Assembly: GCF_009914755.1 (NCBI RefSeq) | Contig: NC_060944.1 | Reading direction: 5' to 3' (one strand) | DNA length: 64,000 nt | Source of the DNA: the human T2T-CHM13v2.0 reference genome, Homo sapiens | Translations under genes and position numbers: made by a program | Notes under the pieces: generated by a model | The model's database searches: none | Told to the model about the DNA's origin: nothing | What the model saw: only the letters and a program-made list of their open reading frames with translations | Shown here: in pieces, positions 37,143 to 51,815 of the stretch | How the letters are laid out: every line of letters begins with the position of its first letter | Numbering within the stretch: the stretch's first letter is position 1

Positions 37143-39862
37143 TAGGGGCTGGTGGGGATGGAGAGGGTGGTAGATTAGGCTGAGGGAGATGAATTCACTA
37201 AATCTTGGAATCCTGGGTCCTGGAGACCAACTTAAAACATGAAAAACTCAAGACTCATGGTAGCTTGGCGTACTCCCCTTCCATCAGCCCGAGTATAATG
37301 GGGAAGGGGTGCTGGTTAGAAATGCAGGTTTCAGGGCCCCAGCCCAGACCTACTGAATCAGATATTTGGACTCAGTGCTGGCATCGGCATCTGGACAAGT
37401 GCTGCAGAGGCTTTTCATGCACACTACATTTTGAGAATCCCAATAGCTCTCTCCAGAACCAGACCCTGTTGTGCCTATTGTGAAAACACGGATCGGGGAG
37501 TGGTCCCTCCTAGAAGGGGCTTCGGAGTCCACTGGAGGGGAATGGGCCCTTCACAGAAATCAGACCTGCTTCTGAGGCTTCAGAAAAGGATCTCACATGA
37601 CCTGCCTTTCCGAGTGGAAAGAGTGGGGTGTTTTCTCGATTGAAGAAGAGATAAAGTTAGGATTTGGGGAAGCACTGCATTTAGACTCTCAAGTCAGTAT
37701 TTTTAGCCCTTGCTAAATCTTGGCGATATTTACCCCAGTTTATACTTAGGTGTTTTCTCCCTGAAGCTATTGCTTACTGGTCTCAAATACGGTTGTGGTG
37801 TAGACTTGCACTGCCTGGGTTTGAATTCTGGCTCCGCTGCCTGCCAGCTGGATGACTTTGGGCTTGTTACTTAACCTCTCTGAGGCTCGTTGGGTAGAGA
37901 TAATAAAAGCACCTACTTCATGGGGATGTTGTAAGGATTAAACGAGATAATGCACGTAGAGGGACTAGCAGAGTACCTTGATGCGCAGTGTGAGTTATTG
38001 TTTCACTTGAGAGTTCCAGACTCTTCCACAGAGGAGGTTAACTTCAAATCAGGATAAAGAAAGCATGTTTCAATCCAAAGTGTTAAAGTCAAGCATACTA
38101 ATTTAACTAGAGGCATTCACAGACGACTTTTCTTTAACAAATAAAATTCCCCTTTCCTAAATAAAATAAAAGTTGAAAGGGCCCTGGGAACCTGCTCAGA
38201 ACCTTCATTTTACAGATAGGGGCACCGAGACCCAGAAAGAGGAAGGACTTATTCAGTGTCTTAGCTGATGGAAGAGGAACCAGAACCCAATTTTCTTGTG
38301 ACCCAGGCTATTGTATGTGCTATTAAATCACAGCTGCCTAGGAGCAAGACCAAATCACATAAAGACCAGGTAGAGAGTCAATTGTATGTGTGCTGCCCTC
38401 TAATGCTTTGAAAATTGGTGATGCACCCATGATCTAATTAGCAGAGCATTTTATTGGATCAGTGCTACCATGGCCTGAACCTGCCAGATAACAGACGGCT
38501 TTGTCTAGTAAGGCATAAGTCCAGAGAGAGCTACTGGGGTGGCTTTCTGGTTTGTGAGTCACAGAATTAGGGATGCTTTGGGGGCCTTTAAGGCTGGTGC
38601 TGTGGAAGAAGGGCAGACCTCTGCATCCATGAAGGGCCTCTGTTTGCCTCTGGCACAAGCAAGACCCTGGGCTGGGTGGCGGAGGCTGGTCTAGTGATCC
38701 AGTGAACAACATCCTCTTCTGCCCTTCAGCGTGGCCCCTAATCAATCCTGATGTGGGCTGGCCAAGCTTGGCCTGGCTGTGGGCGAGGTGGGATGCAGAG
38801 GCTACTGAAAGAGTGAGTCTCCAGAAGAGAAGGGGAGGATGAGCCCTGGGAAGTGAGGTCTAGACCTCTGGAGTGTCTCAGTGTAGCCTGGTGTAGGGTG
38901 TGCCCCACCTGCTGGTGATAGCTGGAACTGCTAGAAGATGGGTCTTAGTAAAAGGTGGAATCTGCTCCACCTCCCAGCCCTGCTCAGCCGCAAGAAGTAT
39001 AGTCCACTGCTGGAAAGAACTATGGTCCAGGAGCTCACCCTGGAGCTATGGACCATTCAGAACTGGCTTACAGGCCCCCTTGGCATTTAGGGGCCTTTGA
39101 AGATTTGGGAGATGGGGAGGTGCCATAGACAAGGATTGACTGGCTCCTTGGGTAACTTCCCCTTTCTGAGCCGCATTGCCTAGTCCACCTACAGGAGGAC
39201 CAAAATGGTCATTCCATAGGGTAGTTGGGAAAGTAGAGTGAAATAATTAATATAAAAGCACTTTCTCAACTGGAAGGTGCTGGGCAGTCATGGGGCTGTT
39301 GCTGTTGGTGACTAGAATCCCTGATCCCAAAATCAGTTTTGTGGGGGGCATCCTGAAGATGCCTGTGTCATCCAGAATTCCTAGCAGCCTCCTCGTATAT
39401 TGTTGGGCCTCATCTGGGCCAAGGGGAAAACAGAGGGAACTCTAACTGTTCCCATTTGCCAAACCCAAGTTTCAGTGTTTAAAGGGGGCTGTAATCCAAA
39501 CTGCAGGGTTGAACCATAGCCTAAGCCAGAGACATCTGGAGCCAGAGTCTAAATGATATGGCTCCAACATCTCTGAATGAGAGTGGGCAGGCCATGGGGG
39601 AAGGGCACTGGGGCTGACTGTGGGCCTCCCTCCCTTAAGTGGCTCAGAAGGGCAGTCCCTCCCGAGCTCACCCCACAGAGTGGCTACTCCCTGACCTAAT
39701 CCACAAATCCTACAGATATGGGACTTAAAAAGCTGGGCTATTTATGGACTTTGTGTGTGTGTCTCTCTCTCCTACTTTTTCTCTTTCCCTCTCTTCCTGT
39801 CTCTGTCTCTCCTTCCCTTCCTCCCTCTTTCCCTTTCCTCTGGCTCTGGGCCTCCCCTGCAG

Positions 39863-39967
39863 TCCCAGAGGACCCAGGACATCTCTCAGCGGGACTTGGT
39901 ACCTGAGCCTGGAGCAGCCGCAGGCTTGGAAGTGTTCACTCAGAAAAGCCTCGCAGCATCTCCTGAG
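39863..39967 (+). CDS. EPB41L1: Putative alternative exon A, SQRTQDISQRDLVPEPGAAAGLEVFTQKSLAASPE (35 aa)
   Basis: Very long polypyrimidine tract (39760-39860) + CTGCAG|, open phase 0-0, weak GAG|GTTACT donor. Confidence 0.6.
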
Positions 39968-40302
39968 GTTACTGTCTTCACCTTCCTGTGCCCCTTCCTC
40001 CTGCCCACCCAGAACCACCCTCTGTGGTCTTAAGAAAACCCTTTCTCTGGGGTGAGGGGAATGTACCAGATTCTGCCAAGCAGTTGGAAGCAATGGGTAA
40101 CCCATGCTGTCTCCATGCTGTGATAAGGAAATGTCCCCATCCCAGAGATCCATAAAGGGCCAGCCCCTCCCTCATCCATTGTTTCTCAGGAGGGACAGGA
40201 CTGCAACCATTCTGGGAAGACAGAACAGCCTGCATTGCCTTTGGCCTCGAAGGAGAGGCAGGAATGATCTCCCTCTTTCAGGTCCTGGTGAGGCAGGTGA
40301 CT

Positions 40303-40434
40303 CTAGAGGCAGGCCCTGACTTCTATGCTTAGGGTCAGGGGTCATGCTAGAGGCAGGCTCTGACTTCCATGCTTAGGGTCAGGGGTCATGCTAGAAGCAG
40401 GCTCTGACTTCTATGCTTAGGGTCAGGGGTCATG
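40303..40434. repeat. Minisatellite, 3x44 bp
   Basis: CTAGAGGCAGGCYCTGACTTCYATGCTTAGGGTCAGGGGTCATG units starting at 40303, 40347 and 40391. Confidence 0.96.
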
Positions 40435-41467
40435 GCACCCAAATGCCTTCTGCCTTAAGGTCTTTTCTCTGTTCAGAAGCCTGAATGGTCTAGCAGTGGT
40501 TAGTTAGGGCACGACATTCCAGGCATCTCCGGCCTGCGTCTTCTCTGAACTCCCCTGGAGCTTGGGCCCATCAAGGAGGCAGGCAAAAGTGGACATCTTT
40601 CTCTAAGGAGTATCCTTAGGGTTGTAGAGAGATTGGTCAGGCAAGTGTTTGAAATGAGGAGGCCATTGCTTCTATGCCCAGGGCGGCAGCAAGTGGAGGG
40701 CTCTTTGAACTTCCTGTGGCCCTTCATGGATGCTGGGCATAGAATCCAGGCCCAGGCAGGAGGCTGTGCTCCCTCCTCTGATGGGATTTTATGGACTATC
40801 AGGGTTGGAAGCTACTGAGCGATCATCTGGGCAGAACTTTCTTCCCCAATATCTGCCGCTCCCCTGTTGATGTATGCTCTCCTCTGAGGGCCTGTACCTT
40901 TCTCCATTCTCAGAGAAAACTTCTTTAGCTGCTGCAAACGTGCTGGAACTTTAAGAAAGACATAAATGAGCTACATAAGTGATAAAACATAAGTCATACT
41001 TCTACTCTATGAATTTTTCCTCAATCTAAAGAACAAAACTATCCGCACACTCTCTTGAGGGAAATCGGACAAGAGTCAACAGCATACCAAGGACAGGGCT
41101 AGAGAGATGCCCTGGACACAGAGATGCTCCTGTGACCAAGGACAGGTGCCCATTTGGGGAGCAGAGCCCACAACCTGCACCCCGCCCCCGCATCATTCTC
41201 CTGCAAATGTCCATCCAGCTCTTCCACAGCAGGCACTTTTGCTGTCCTTGGCGGCAGCCCATTAACTATTGGGAAGTTTTCGTGTTGAATTGAAATCTGC
41301 CTTTTCAAATTAGCAGCCTGTAGGTCTCATTCTGCCCGCTGGTGCCCGCTACCGCTCTGCATCCTCCTCCAGGCCAGCCCTTCGGAGACTTGAACACCTC
41401 CCCTTCCCTAGAACACTTCACTCTCTTCCCACTTTCTCCCAGGAAATGGTTTCTGGAGGGCCCCTTA

Positions 41468-41820
<353 letters not shown>

Positions 41821-41981
41821 GGCAGGCCCCAAAATGTGACCCAGAGCTCCAGGAGGGGCCTGAACAGCCTGGAGTCAGGAGAACAGCCAGGCTGGAGAGT
41901 TTCCTGTCTGTGCCTTGGGTGCAGACAGCTGTGAGCCCAACTGGCTCTGTTTCTCCCCACCCCTGTTGCCAGCTTCCTTTG

Positions 41982-42014
41982 CTGCAGTGCCCCTACCTGA
42001 CGGCAGGGGGCGCT
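41982..42014 (+). promoter_or_regulatory. Candidate CTCF site (core plus upstream motif)
   Basis: CTGCAGTGCCCC-TACCTG-ACGGCAGGGGGCGC; core 13/14 to CCRSYAGRKGGCRS; lies in a locally CpG-rich patch. Confidence 0.6.
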
Positions 42015-43461
42015 CTGAGCAAGGCACCGACGGTCCCCTGGCTCCAGAAAGAATGGCTGCGGGGCTGCGGCTACCTGGGGCTACCCTAAGATTATCCCAT
42101 CTTGTGATTCGGGTTAGAACGACTTTCACGCCAACCCCTCGGGCCAGGTGTGTGGCTCTACCCGTGCCTTCGCACCGTGGAAGTTTTTTTCTTTTTTGTT
42201 CAGTTTTCTTTTCCTCTTCAGGATCCTACATTTTACTTTGTCCCCCGCTGCTCAGCCTGTGATCTTGCGCATGGCCTCTCCCCTCTGGGATACCGTTTCG
42301 CCTTCTGAAATAAGGATAACGATATCTGCTTCACAAGTTGCCATTTGGATTAAATTTAATAACTCAGACAAAGGGCTGGCATTGCCTGGCACATAGCAAC
42401 TAACAATCACTATACGTTTCCCCTTTCTTCCTGCAGAGTCTACTTTTCATTCTCTGCCAGCACCTGCGCCACTCACTCTTGCTTATCTAGCCTAGTTGCT
42501 AGTTAGAATTGGGGCAGGAATGTTCCAGAAGGAGGCATATTGACTGGCTTTGGCCATCATTGCCAGGCGGATGTCAGTACAGCTGGAATGGAGGCAGCTG
42601 AAGGAACCTGCTTCTCAAGGAAATGAGCAAAAGGACCTAGCTTCCGTAGGCTCTCAAAGCACGTCCCTTTGGGATGGTTCAGGAGCTGTGGTCCTGAAGC
42701 CTTAATGACCTGAAGTAAAAGCTCAGAAACCCACCCCAGACTTTACCTAGACCTTCCCCCCTTCCTTTTATCTCGCTTTCCCATGAACAAGATTATTTTA
42801 ATGGGTTCTGATTCCCTGACAGAGAGATTTTCTCAAAACACAGTGGGGACAGAGGGTTTATGATGCTCTCTTGAGCCTTCAAAATGTTTCAGATCTTATG
42901 GGATCTGACAGACTCCTCCTCCCTGTGGGGTGGGATTAACAGACTCCTCACCAAGTCATAACCTGAAAAGGAGCCCAAGGTCATATAAACCTTCCCCCTC
43001 CTGCTGCCAGGAGAAGTTCTGGGCATGTCTCCCTGTGGAGGTGGTCATGGTAGGGTGGAGAGGACACACTTCACAGAACTTGGCGTCAGAGACTGAGTTC
43101 AAGGCCTGCCTTTCCACTTGCTCCCTGTATGGCCTTGGGCAAGATGCTTCTCCAGGTCTGAGTTTCCATATCTGTATCACGAGGGGCTCTAGTTGGGGCA
43201 GTGAGGAGGGAGGTACCTCAGGGCATTAAGGCCGCCCACACCCCCAACTTTACCAGGGCAGCTCTGTATTTCTGTCACATAGCCGACTTGCATTAAAATT
43301 TTGTGGGAAGTATCCTGTGGCCACAAGATGAAAAACCCAGTGACCTTCCTGCTTTTCTAACCACCCTAGAAGTCCATCATCCCTCCCAGGCATTGTTTGA
43401 AGAACTCTTGGGGGAGGTAGAGGCTGTTGGGAGATGGCCTAACAGTGCTGCGATCTGGTGC

Positions 43462-43638
43462 TTTTTTTTTTTTTTTTTTTTTTTTTTGAGATGGAGTTTT
43501 GCTCTTGTTGCCCAGGCTAGATAGAGTGCATTGGTGCGATCTCGGCTCACCGCAACCTCTGCCCCGCAGGTCCAAGCAATTCTCCTGCCTCAGCCTCCCA
43601 AAGTGCTGGGATTACAGGCGTGAGCCACCGCGCTTGGC
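43462..43638 (-). mobile_element. Monomer-length chimeric Alu (inter-arm deletion)
   Basis: Right-arm sequence switches to left-arm sequence within CCTGCCTCAGCCTCCC. Confidence 0.85.
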
Positions 43639-44547
43639 CTCTGGTGCCTTTGATGCACGATGATGCTTAGATCTTTACCTCTCTCCCTTCCTTGATGCAT
43701 TCTATTGAGTTCTTTTCTGCTCTTTCTATGGGTTTTGTTAGAATTAGAATGGGCCCTGGTATTTGTTTCTTTTAGATTGAACACCACAGTGTTCAAGCTG
43801 TTTAAGCCATTGTGGTGCCTGGCACTAACGTGGTCATGTGGTATCTCCATGACTACTATGCTTTCTTCCCAGAAGCCCTTGTAGAAAGGTTCGATTTCAG
43901 GCTGTGGCCTGTGGAACTTAATGCATCCCTTCAATTTGCCATTAGGTCACAGTTGGCACCCATATTCCATGGTTGTGAAATAAGTTAGCAAAGATCTCCG
44001 GCCTCAAAAATCAGGCTTTCTTTTCCTGACTCTGTCTTCTACTAACAGTGACCTTGGGCAAGTCACTGTCCATCTCTAGACCTGTTTCCTCATTTACACA
44101 ATATGGAAATGAGACTGGATAACATTGTAAGAGTACTTTTGACTCTAACATTCAAAGACTCCATGTGATGGAAATGACTTTCCCCTCTGACGGTGGCAGT
44201 TATGTTATTAAAAGAGGAAGAGGAAGGGTCCTGGCCCATCTGTGGATCTCCATTTCCCCATGGCTGACATGGGAAGGGCATAAGACCCCATCCCATTTTA
44301 TCAAGTTGGGGGCAGTGGTTGAGGAAAATTGGTCAATAATTTATCAAGTGCCTGATGGGAAGAGGGACCTTGATGAGAATGGCTGGCACGTCATGCCTTC
44401 CTCTCCCCAGCCAGTTCTGGGGATGTGCTGTCCCAAAGTCAAACATTTCAGTGGTAGATTGGTCCCCTCTTACAAAGGGAAAAACTCACCCATTCTTCAG
44501 GTACCTGATATTTCATGTTAACTCTTCTTGCTCCAATTGAAACACAG

Positions 44548-46479
44548 GGTTCAGAGCATTGGGTATTTATAGAAAGAGAGTACACTAGGCCAGAAGAGCT
44601 CGGTCTCCTAAAAGTGACCACCATGCAGCAGGAAGAAAGGCAGGCAGGCCTTGCTGGTATCCTTGCCAACGGCAGACTCTCCAAGGTAGACGTTCTGGTG
44701 GACAAGTTCAAAGTGGAAGTGGCCACAGAAGAAATGGTGGGAAACAGAAGAGCAAACACCCAGCAACAAGGAAAAATGATTGCAAGTCCTGAAGACTTTG
44801 AGTCAGTGGGGGAGGAAGGCCCCTGGATCAGGGAAAGCCCAGGAGGGGCTGCCCTGGCTTCCGGCCGCACATTGGCAGAAAAGCTCCTCGAGGGCTCTGA
44901 GCTCAGGGCAGACACCAGAGAGGCAACCATCAGGAACCGCTGCATGTCAGATGGTCAGCCGGAGGGCCAGACAGAGCTGAGGAAGGGGCTGGAGGAGCCT
45001 CACACTTGTGGGAGACCCACTGCTCCAGGGACCAGGCCAGCAGAGGTGGACGTCCTCTCTCCAGCCTCCGACAAGGGAGGACTCCAGTCGTTTCTATTGG
45101 ATCCAGCCCACGCAGAAGCCAGAGCTGAGTTGAGCAATGAAACTGATACTTCCTTTGCAGAGAGGAGCTTCTATTTAAATTATGAAGAAAAAGACTCAGA
45201 AGACCAAGTCCTCCCTCCACCCCTGGAGGAGAGAAAAGGGCGCCTGGATGCCCCTCCCGGAGGTGAGCCCAGGCCGACGCTGAATTCCTTAGACCTGAGG
45301 GTTTCTGCTGCTGCTTCCAGCAGGAGCAAGGACGAAGCCCACATGACTTCCCCAAAGGAAGGGGCAGGGACCCCCAAGAACCATGGAGGACCTGGTGACC
45401 TGAAGGGATCTCCCGCAGGACAGACGTTTGCTGAAGGCTGGGAAGATGCCCAGTGGGGAGTGGAAGGAGAGTTTCCCCACCTGACAGCCAGCGCAGCCCG
45501 AGAGGAAGGGACCCCCGTGAGTGGAGATTTGCTGGGAAAGGCTGAGGAAAGTCCCACAGAGGAACTGAAGAAGCACCCTCCTCACAGAGGACAGGGCGTG
45601 CATCCCGACCCCCAGGCCTGCGCCCTTCCTCGGGCCATCCCTCTGAATGTCAGGAAGCCAGTCAAACCAGACAGAGGCAACTTCCCACCCAAAGAGAGGG
45701 GAGTGGTTCCCACCCAGAAAGGAGGGGCTGAGCTGAAGGACCGCGAGGCTTCAGCATTTCTTCACATGGAGGTGATCATTCCCCTGCCAGCCTCCCCTGG
45801 TCATTCTGAGGACCTGGCAGCTCTGGAGGAAGCTTCTCCAAGCCCAACCTCCCATGGGTCAGGGGAGCCTTCGGAGCTCAGGGAGCCCTTTCTTAGACAT
45901 GTCCATCTTTCGAAAGCCAGCCCAGAGCCCAAGGACCAAGTAGGGTTTGTGGTGTCCCCTGCCACAGGAGGTGAGCGCAGGCCTCCTCCCATCACCAGCA
46001 GAAAGCCCAGAGTAGTCCCTGAAGAAGCTGAGGGGCGCATACCTCTGGGGTTTGGGTTCCCTTCAGGGAAGCGAAGGGAGATGACCTCTTTCCAGGCTGG
46101 GGACCAAGAGGGCTCCCTAGAAGATATTAGCAAGACCTCAGTGGCCAACAAAATTCGGATATTTGAGACCCACGGAGCTGAAACTCGCCGAATGAGTGAG
46201 GGTGAAGCAAGGTCCCTTCCAAATGACGTATCTTCAGAGGCACCCGTGGGACAAGCAGAGCAGCAGCGGAGTACGCTCTCAGACCTGGGCTTCGCCCAAC
46301 TCCAGCCCCCAGGGGACTTTGCCAGCCCCAAAGCCACACATTCCACAGTGATACCTCTGGCTACCAGACACTTCAGGGAGGACACTTCTGCATCCTACCA
46401 GGAAGCACACACGGAACTAGAGCCCGTGTCCCCCAATTCAGGCTGTGAAACCACGCTGGCAGAAGCTACTGGAACTGGG
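44548..46479 (+). CDS. EPB41L1: Putative alternative giant exon B (1932 nt, 644 aa; alternative donor at 46491 gives 648 aa), GSEHWVFIEREY...EATGTG
   Basis: 680-aa uninterrupted non-repeat ORF; ACACAG| acceptor in phase 0; in-frame donors GGG|GTAACT and CGC|GTGAGC; E/P/G/S/A-rich disordered composition. Confidence 0.8.
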
Positions 46480-46999
46480 GTAACTGGCCGCGTGAGCCCC
46501 CGCCCCCACCGCTGCTCCCCGCCCATGGGGGCTGGCCGCATGCTCTGTAGTTTTTAGAAGCATGTTTCAGTGGCCCCTCGTCATTTCTGCAATCAGAGGC
46601 TGCTTATCCATCCCTGTGAGTTTTTTCCCTAAACGGGCCTGGGTGTAGCTCAGGCTGAATGATGGGCTTCTCTGCTTGGCCCATGTTAGCTTGGCCACAA
46701 AGACCCTCAGCTTTTGGTGTGACCTGGTGCCCAGAGGGTCACACAACCCCCATGGAGAAGGTGGCGCCACCACCAGCAAATGACACACCTGCTTTGCCTT
46801 GCCGCTCATACCCGCTGGGTTCCTGCCTACCTTGCTTGGCTTGTCCAGCGATCTTTCTTCATCCTTTCCCATCCCTGGTTCTCCCGCCTTGGGAAAGTTG
46901 ACAGTCCAGAGGTTTCCATCCTTCACTTCTGGTTCCCTCTCAGTCCCAGTGCCAAGTTTCTTTCTGCCTCCTTAAGACTAACTGTCTTCTCTAATCCAG

Positions 47000-47107
47000 A
47001 ACAAATCCGGAGATGCGGTCAGGGAAGAGAAGCGCTCCACCAACTTAGCAGCCAACACCCCTGGGAAGGGGGGGCGCCTGAGATTTGCCAGCCCCTCGGG
47101 CCCTCAG
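47000..47107 (+). CDS. EPB41L1: Putative alternative exon C, NKSGDAVREEKRSTNLAANTPGKGGRLRFASPSGPQ (36 aa)
   Basis: ACTAAC branch-point-like motif at ~46977, TCCAG| acceptor, open phase 0-0, purine-rich body, weak CAG|GTCTCT donor. Confidence 0.6.
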
Positions 47108-48186
47108 GTCTCTGCAGCCCCTCTGTGCCCTGATGACCCAGTCACCTTCACCCGGCCAGGATGCATCGCCGCCTTAGGTTCCCACCTGCTGTGGCAGCAC
47201 CTCTCGTGCTGCTCAACTCTGGCTTGTCTGGAATGTCTCCCTCACACCTCTCAACCTTCCAGAAACTGGCTAAATGGAGGCTCGCTTAGCAAGTGAATGT
47301 CTAAGCCCACTGAATCCCTAGAACCAGAAGCCAAGTTCTTTACAAATCTTTCATGGGTATTAGGTTGGTCTTTAAAAAGAATGTTATGAACCAGCCAAAA
47401 ATGTGTGTGTGGTGTTTAATCCCTGACAGGCCAGTTGAGAGGTATGTATGTCGGACAAGAGTTGCTGGTTCCCCGAGGCACTGCCTTGGCCCGCTGTTGT
47501 CAATTACACTGATGGGACCAGAGCCTCTACTCCCTGACTTGCCTGTGGTCCACTCATGGAGCCCAGGGTGGAGCTGGCGTAGCACTCAGCTCCCAAGAAG
47601 CTCGTGCCCAAAAGGCCTGACCCTGAATTGCTCTTCTCTCTAGTCGATGCTGACCCCTCCCCCGGAGACTCAGTGGAATTGACAAACATGTTGGCTTCCT
47701 CTTTTGTTCCTCAAAGTTCTTGGCTCCAACCTCTCTGCCTTCCCTTCCTGGGTCTCCCTGAATCCCTGGATCTCCCTCCTTAGTTTCTGTTTCTCAACGC
47801 CCACCTGCACGGATGGGCCTGGGGTCCGGGCTTCCATCCCTGCCTTTCGTGCAATGCTGCTTCCAATAAGCTCCCAGATCCAATACCCTTGGATGGAGCC
47901 TCCTGTCCAGGAGTCACTGGCAGGACGTTTGCTTTGTACTTGCTTTTGCCATCAGTGTGAGACCCTCAGAAAGGGGCATCTCCACTCTTGAGTCGTTTTT
48001 GTTTTTTTTATGCTTGTTATGATTTCAAGGAACCTTTCCTGGGGTGTTTTTCATTTCCTGGCCTGCTCTTCCATTCAGGATGTCGACACAGCCCCGAGAT
48101 TTCTCCTGACATTCACCATCTTGATTTCTCTTTCTCTCTCTCTCCCCACCCCACATCCCCATTCTTTTGATTTTATCTGGCCATAG

Positions 48187-48666
<480 letters not shown>

Positions 48667-49508
48667 TGAGAAGACCGAGCACCCAGCCTGCAGCCTGAAG
48701 CTCTGTCTCGTGTTGCATGACTGCCCCTCCGCAGAACAGCATGGTTCTGTGCTCGCATGTTTGCCATCTCGGTTTACCCCTAACACGCGCTCCTTGGTAT
48801 TTTAACCCTGTGACCCCATCGCTTGCTGAAGTCGAGCGATGACAGGTAGTCTGGTCTTTCTTGACCCCATGCCCCCCCACCTGTGTTGCATGGCACCTGC
48901 AGAGAGCATGCGTCTGTGGACTCTTGGGGGCTCCTGCAGCCTGGTCTGAAAGCTGAATGGTTTTTCCTGATCCGGGCCCAGGCTTGTCTCTCTGGGGTCT
49001 GGGCTTCCCGGGGAAGGGGAAGCAGTTTAAATCCATCTGGCCCTGGGGTCTCAGGGTGGTAATGGAAGCTCCTGGAAGAGAGGAAATGTGGTCATTGAGG
49101 AGGGACAGACTGTCTCTGGGCCTCTCTGTGGTCTCCTCTGTAGAGCTGTGAAGGGATTTCTCTAAGGCACGCCTGCCCATATCATTCCTTTGCCCCCTCA
49201 TCTCTTCTAGACCCAACCTCCCTCCTACACTCTCCTTTCCCCAACATTCCTGGCATTGAAATATGAGCTTAGCCACTCTGGGCTCTCACTTCATGCTATA
49301 TTCTCTGAGCAGGTTTTTTTTTCTCCCTTTCGGTGCCTTACAAACCTATCATGTTCCAGGACCAAGTTCAAATGTCAGTTTCCTAGCAGGGGTTTGCTTT
49401 CCTGACCACCCTGGGCAGAAATATCGCCCCCCTACCCCCTTGCCCTGTAATGCCTATGCTCCAGCACTATCCAAAGCGGTCAGGTCAGTGGCTGACAAGC
49501 CTGCTCTC

Positions 49509-49522
49509 CCACCAGGTGGCAG
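49509..49522 (+). promoter_or_regulatory. Candidate CTCF core site
   Basis: CCACCAGGTGGCAG, full match to CCASYAGRKGGCRS. Confidence 0.5.
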
Positions 49523-49617
49523 CTCCTCTAGGCCTGGCATATACTAGGCACTAATAGATGATTAACTGGATGAATGGCTGGGTTACAGGGTTGCAACCAT
49601 CTATAAGAATCCCCTTC

Positions 49618-50572
<955 letters not shown>

Positions 50573-50931
50573 TCAGCTGAAGCGGCTGAGAGGTGGTGAG
50601 CTCACCAGGATTTGGTGACATTATGTACACAAGGAAAACACTTAGCCCAGGGCCTGTCATAGAGTATGTTAATGAAATGGTAGATGTTCTAATAGTAGCC
50701 TAAAAAACAGCATATAGCCACCATGAGGGTGTGTGGCACAGGGGCGCAGGGCAGGCCTGCCTGGTCCTGGTGGTGGTCCTGGCTCTCCTCGCGGGCTATC
50801 TGTCTATGATATCACACCACAACTCTTTTACCCTGTCCAGAGTACCCTTCCAGAGATGTGGCCAGCTGTGGGGATAGGAGATAGCCTGCAGACACCACAC
50901 TGCAATTGTCTGTGAGCAAGGGTCATGCTAG

Positions 50932-51318
<387 letters not shown>

Positions 51319-51815
51319 TAAAATGGGAATGACCCTGTCTACCCCTTCCTCCTGGGCATATTGGGAGGACTGTACTGACTAGTGGATTGGGACCTTGGTG
51401 TTCACATTGCTTGGAGGAGTTGGAGAGGTTTCTTGAGGTATCTCAGGGGCTGCTTGAGGAGAGAAGAGGGAGAGATCCCAATTCAGCTTCAGTCAGAATA
51501 GCTCACCTTGGGTCATTTTTTATGCATTAGAGTTCCACATCAGATCAGTAAAATGAACAAAGTGAAAGAAGAAAACCGAAGATCATGTGTCTTGACAAGA
51601 AGCAGCATCCTGACCACCTGGAGAAAGCCGTCAGGCATAGGCACAGGCCCACGACTTCCAGTCCATTCCCTGCACTCCTTCCATGCTTTTTAAACTTAGG
51701 AAGTTAAGATTGAGGATCTGATAGATGCCCTCCTGGTTTTTCCTGGCCAGAAGAGCTACAATGCTAGGAGCTTTTTTGCTCTGAGACTAACCTTTTCCTG
51801 AAGAACTGAAATAAG

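Noticed and set aside
40303-40434. Regular repeats as a CRISPR-like array
   Set aside because: Head-to-tail units without unique spacers, in a mammalian intron; an ordinary minisatellite
44515-46557. The 680-aa ORF as a stand-alone intronless gene or retrocopy
   Set aside because: Its first 11 codons are an acceptor region; in-frame phase-0 splice sites tie it to EPB41L1; no poly-A tail or TSD
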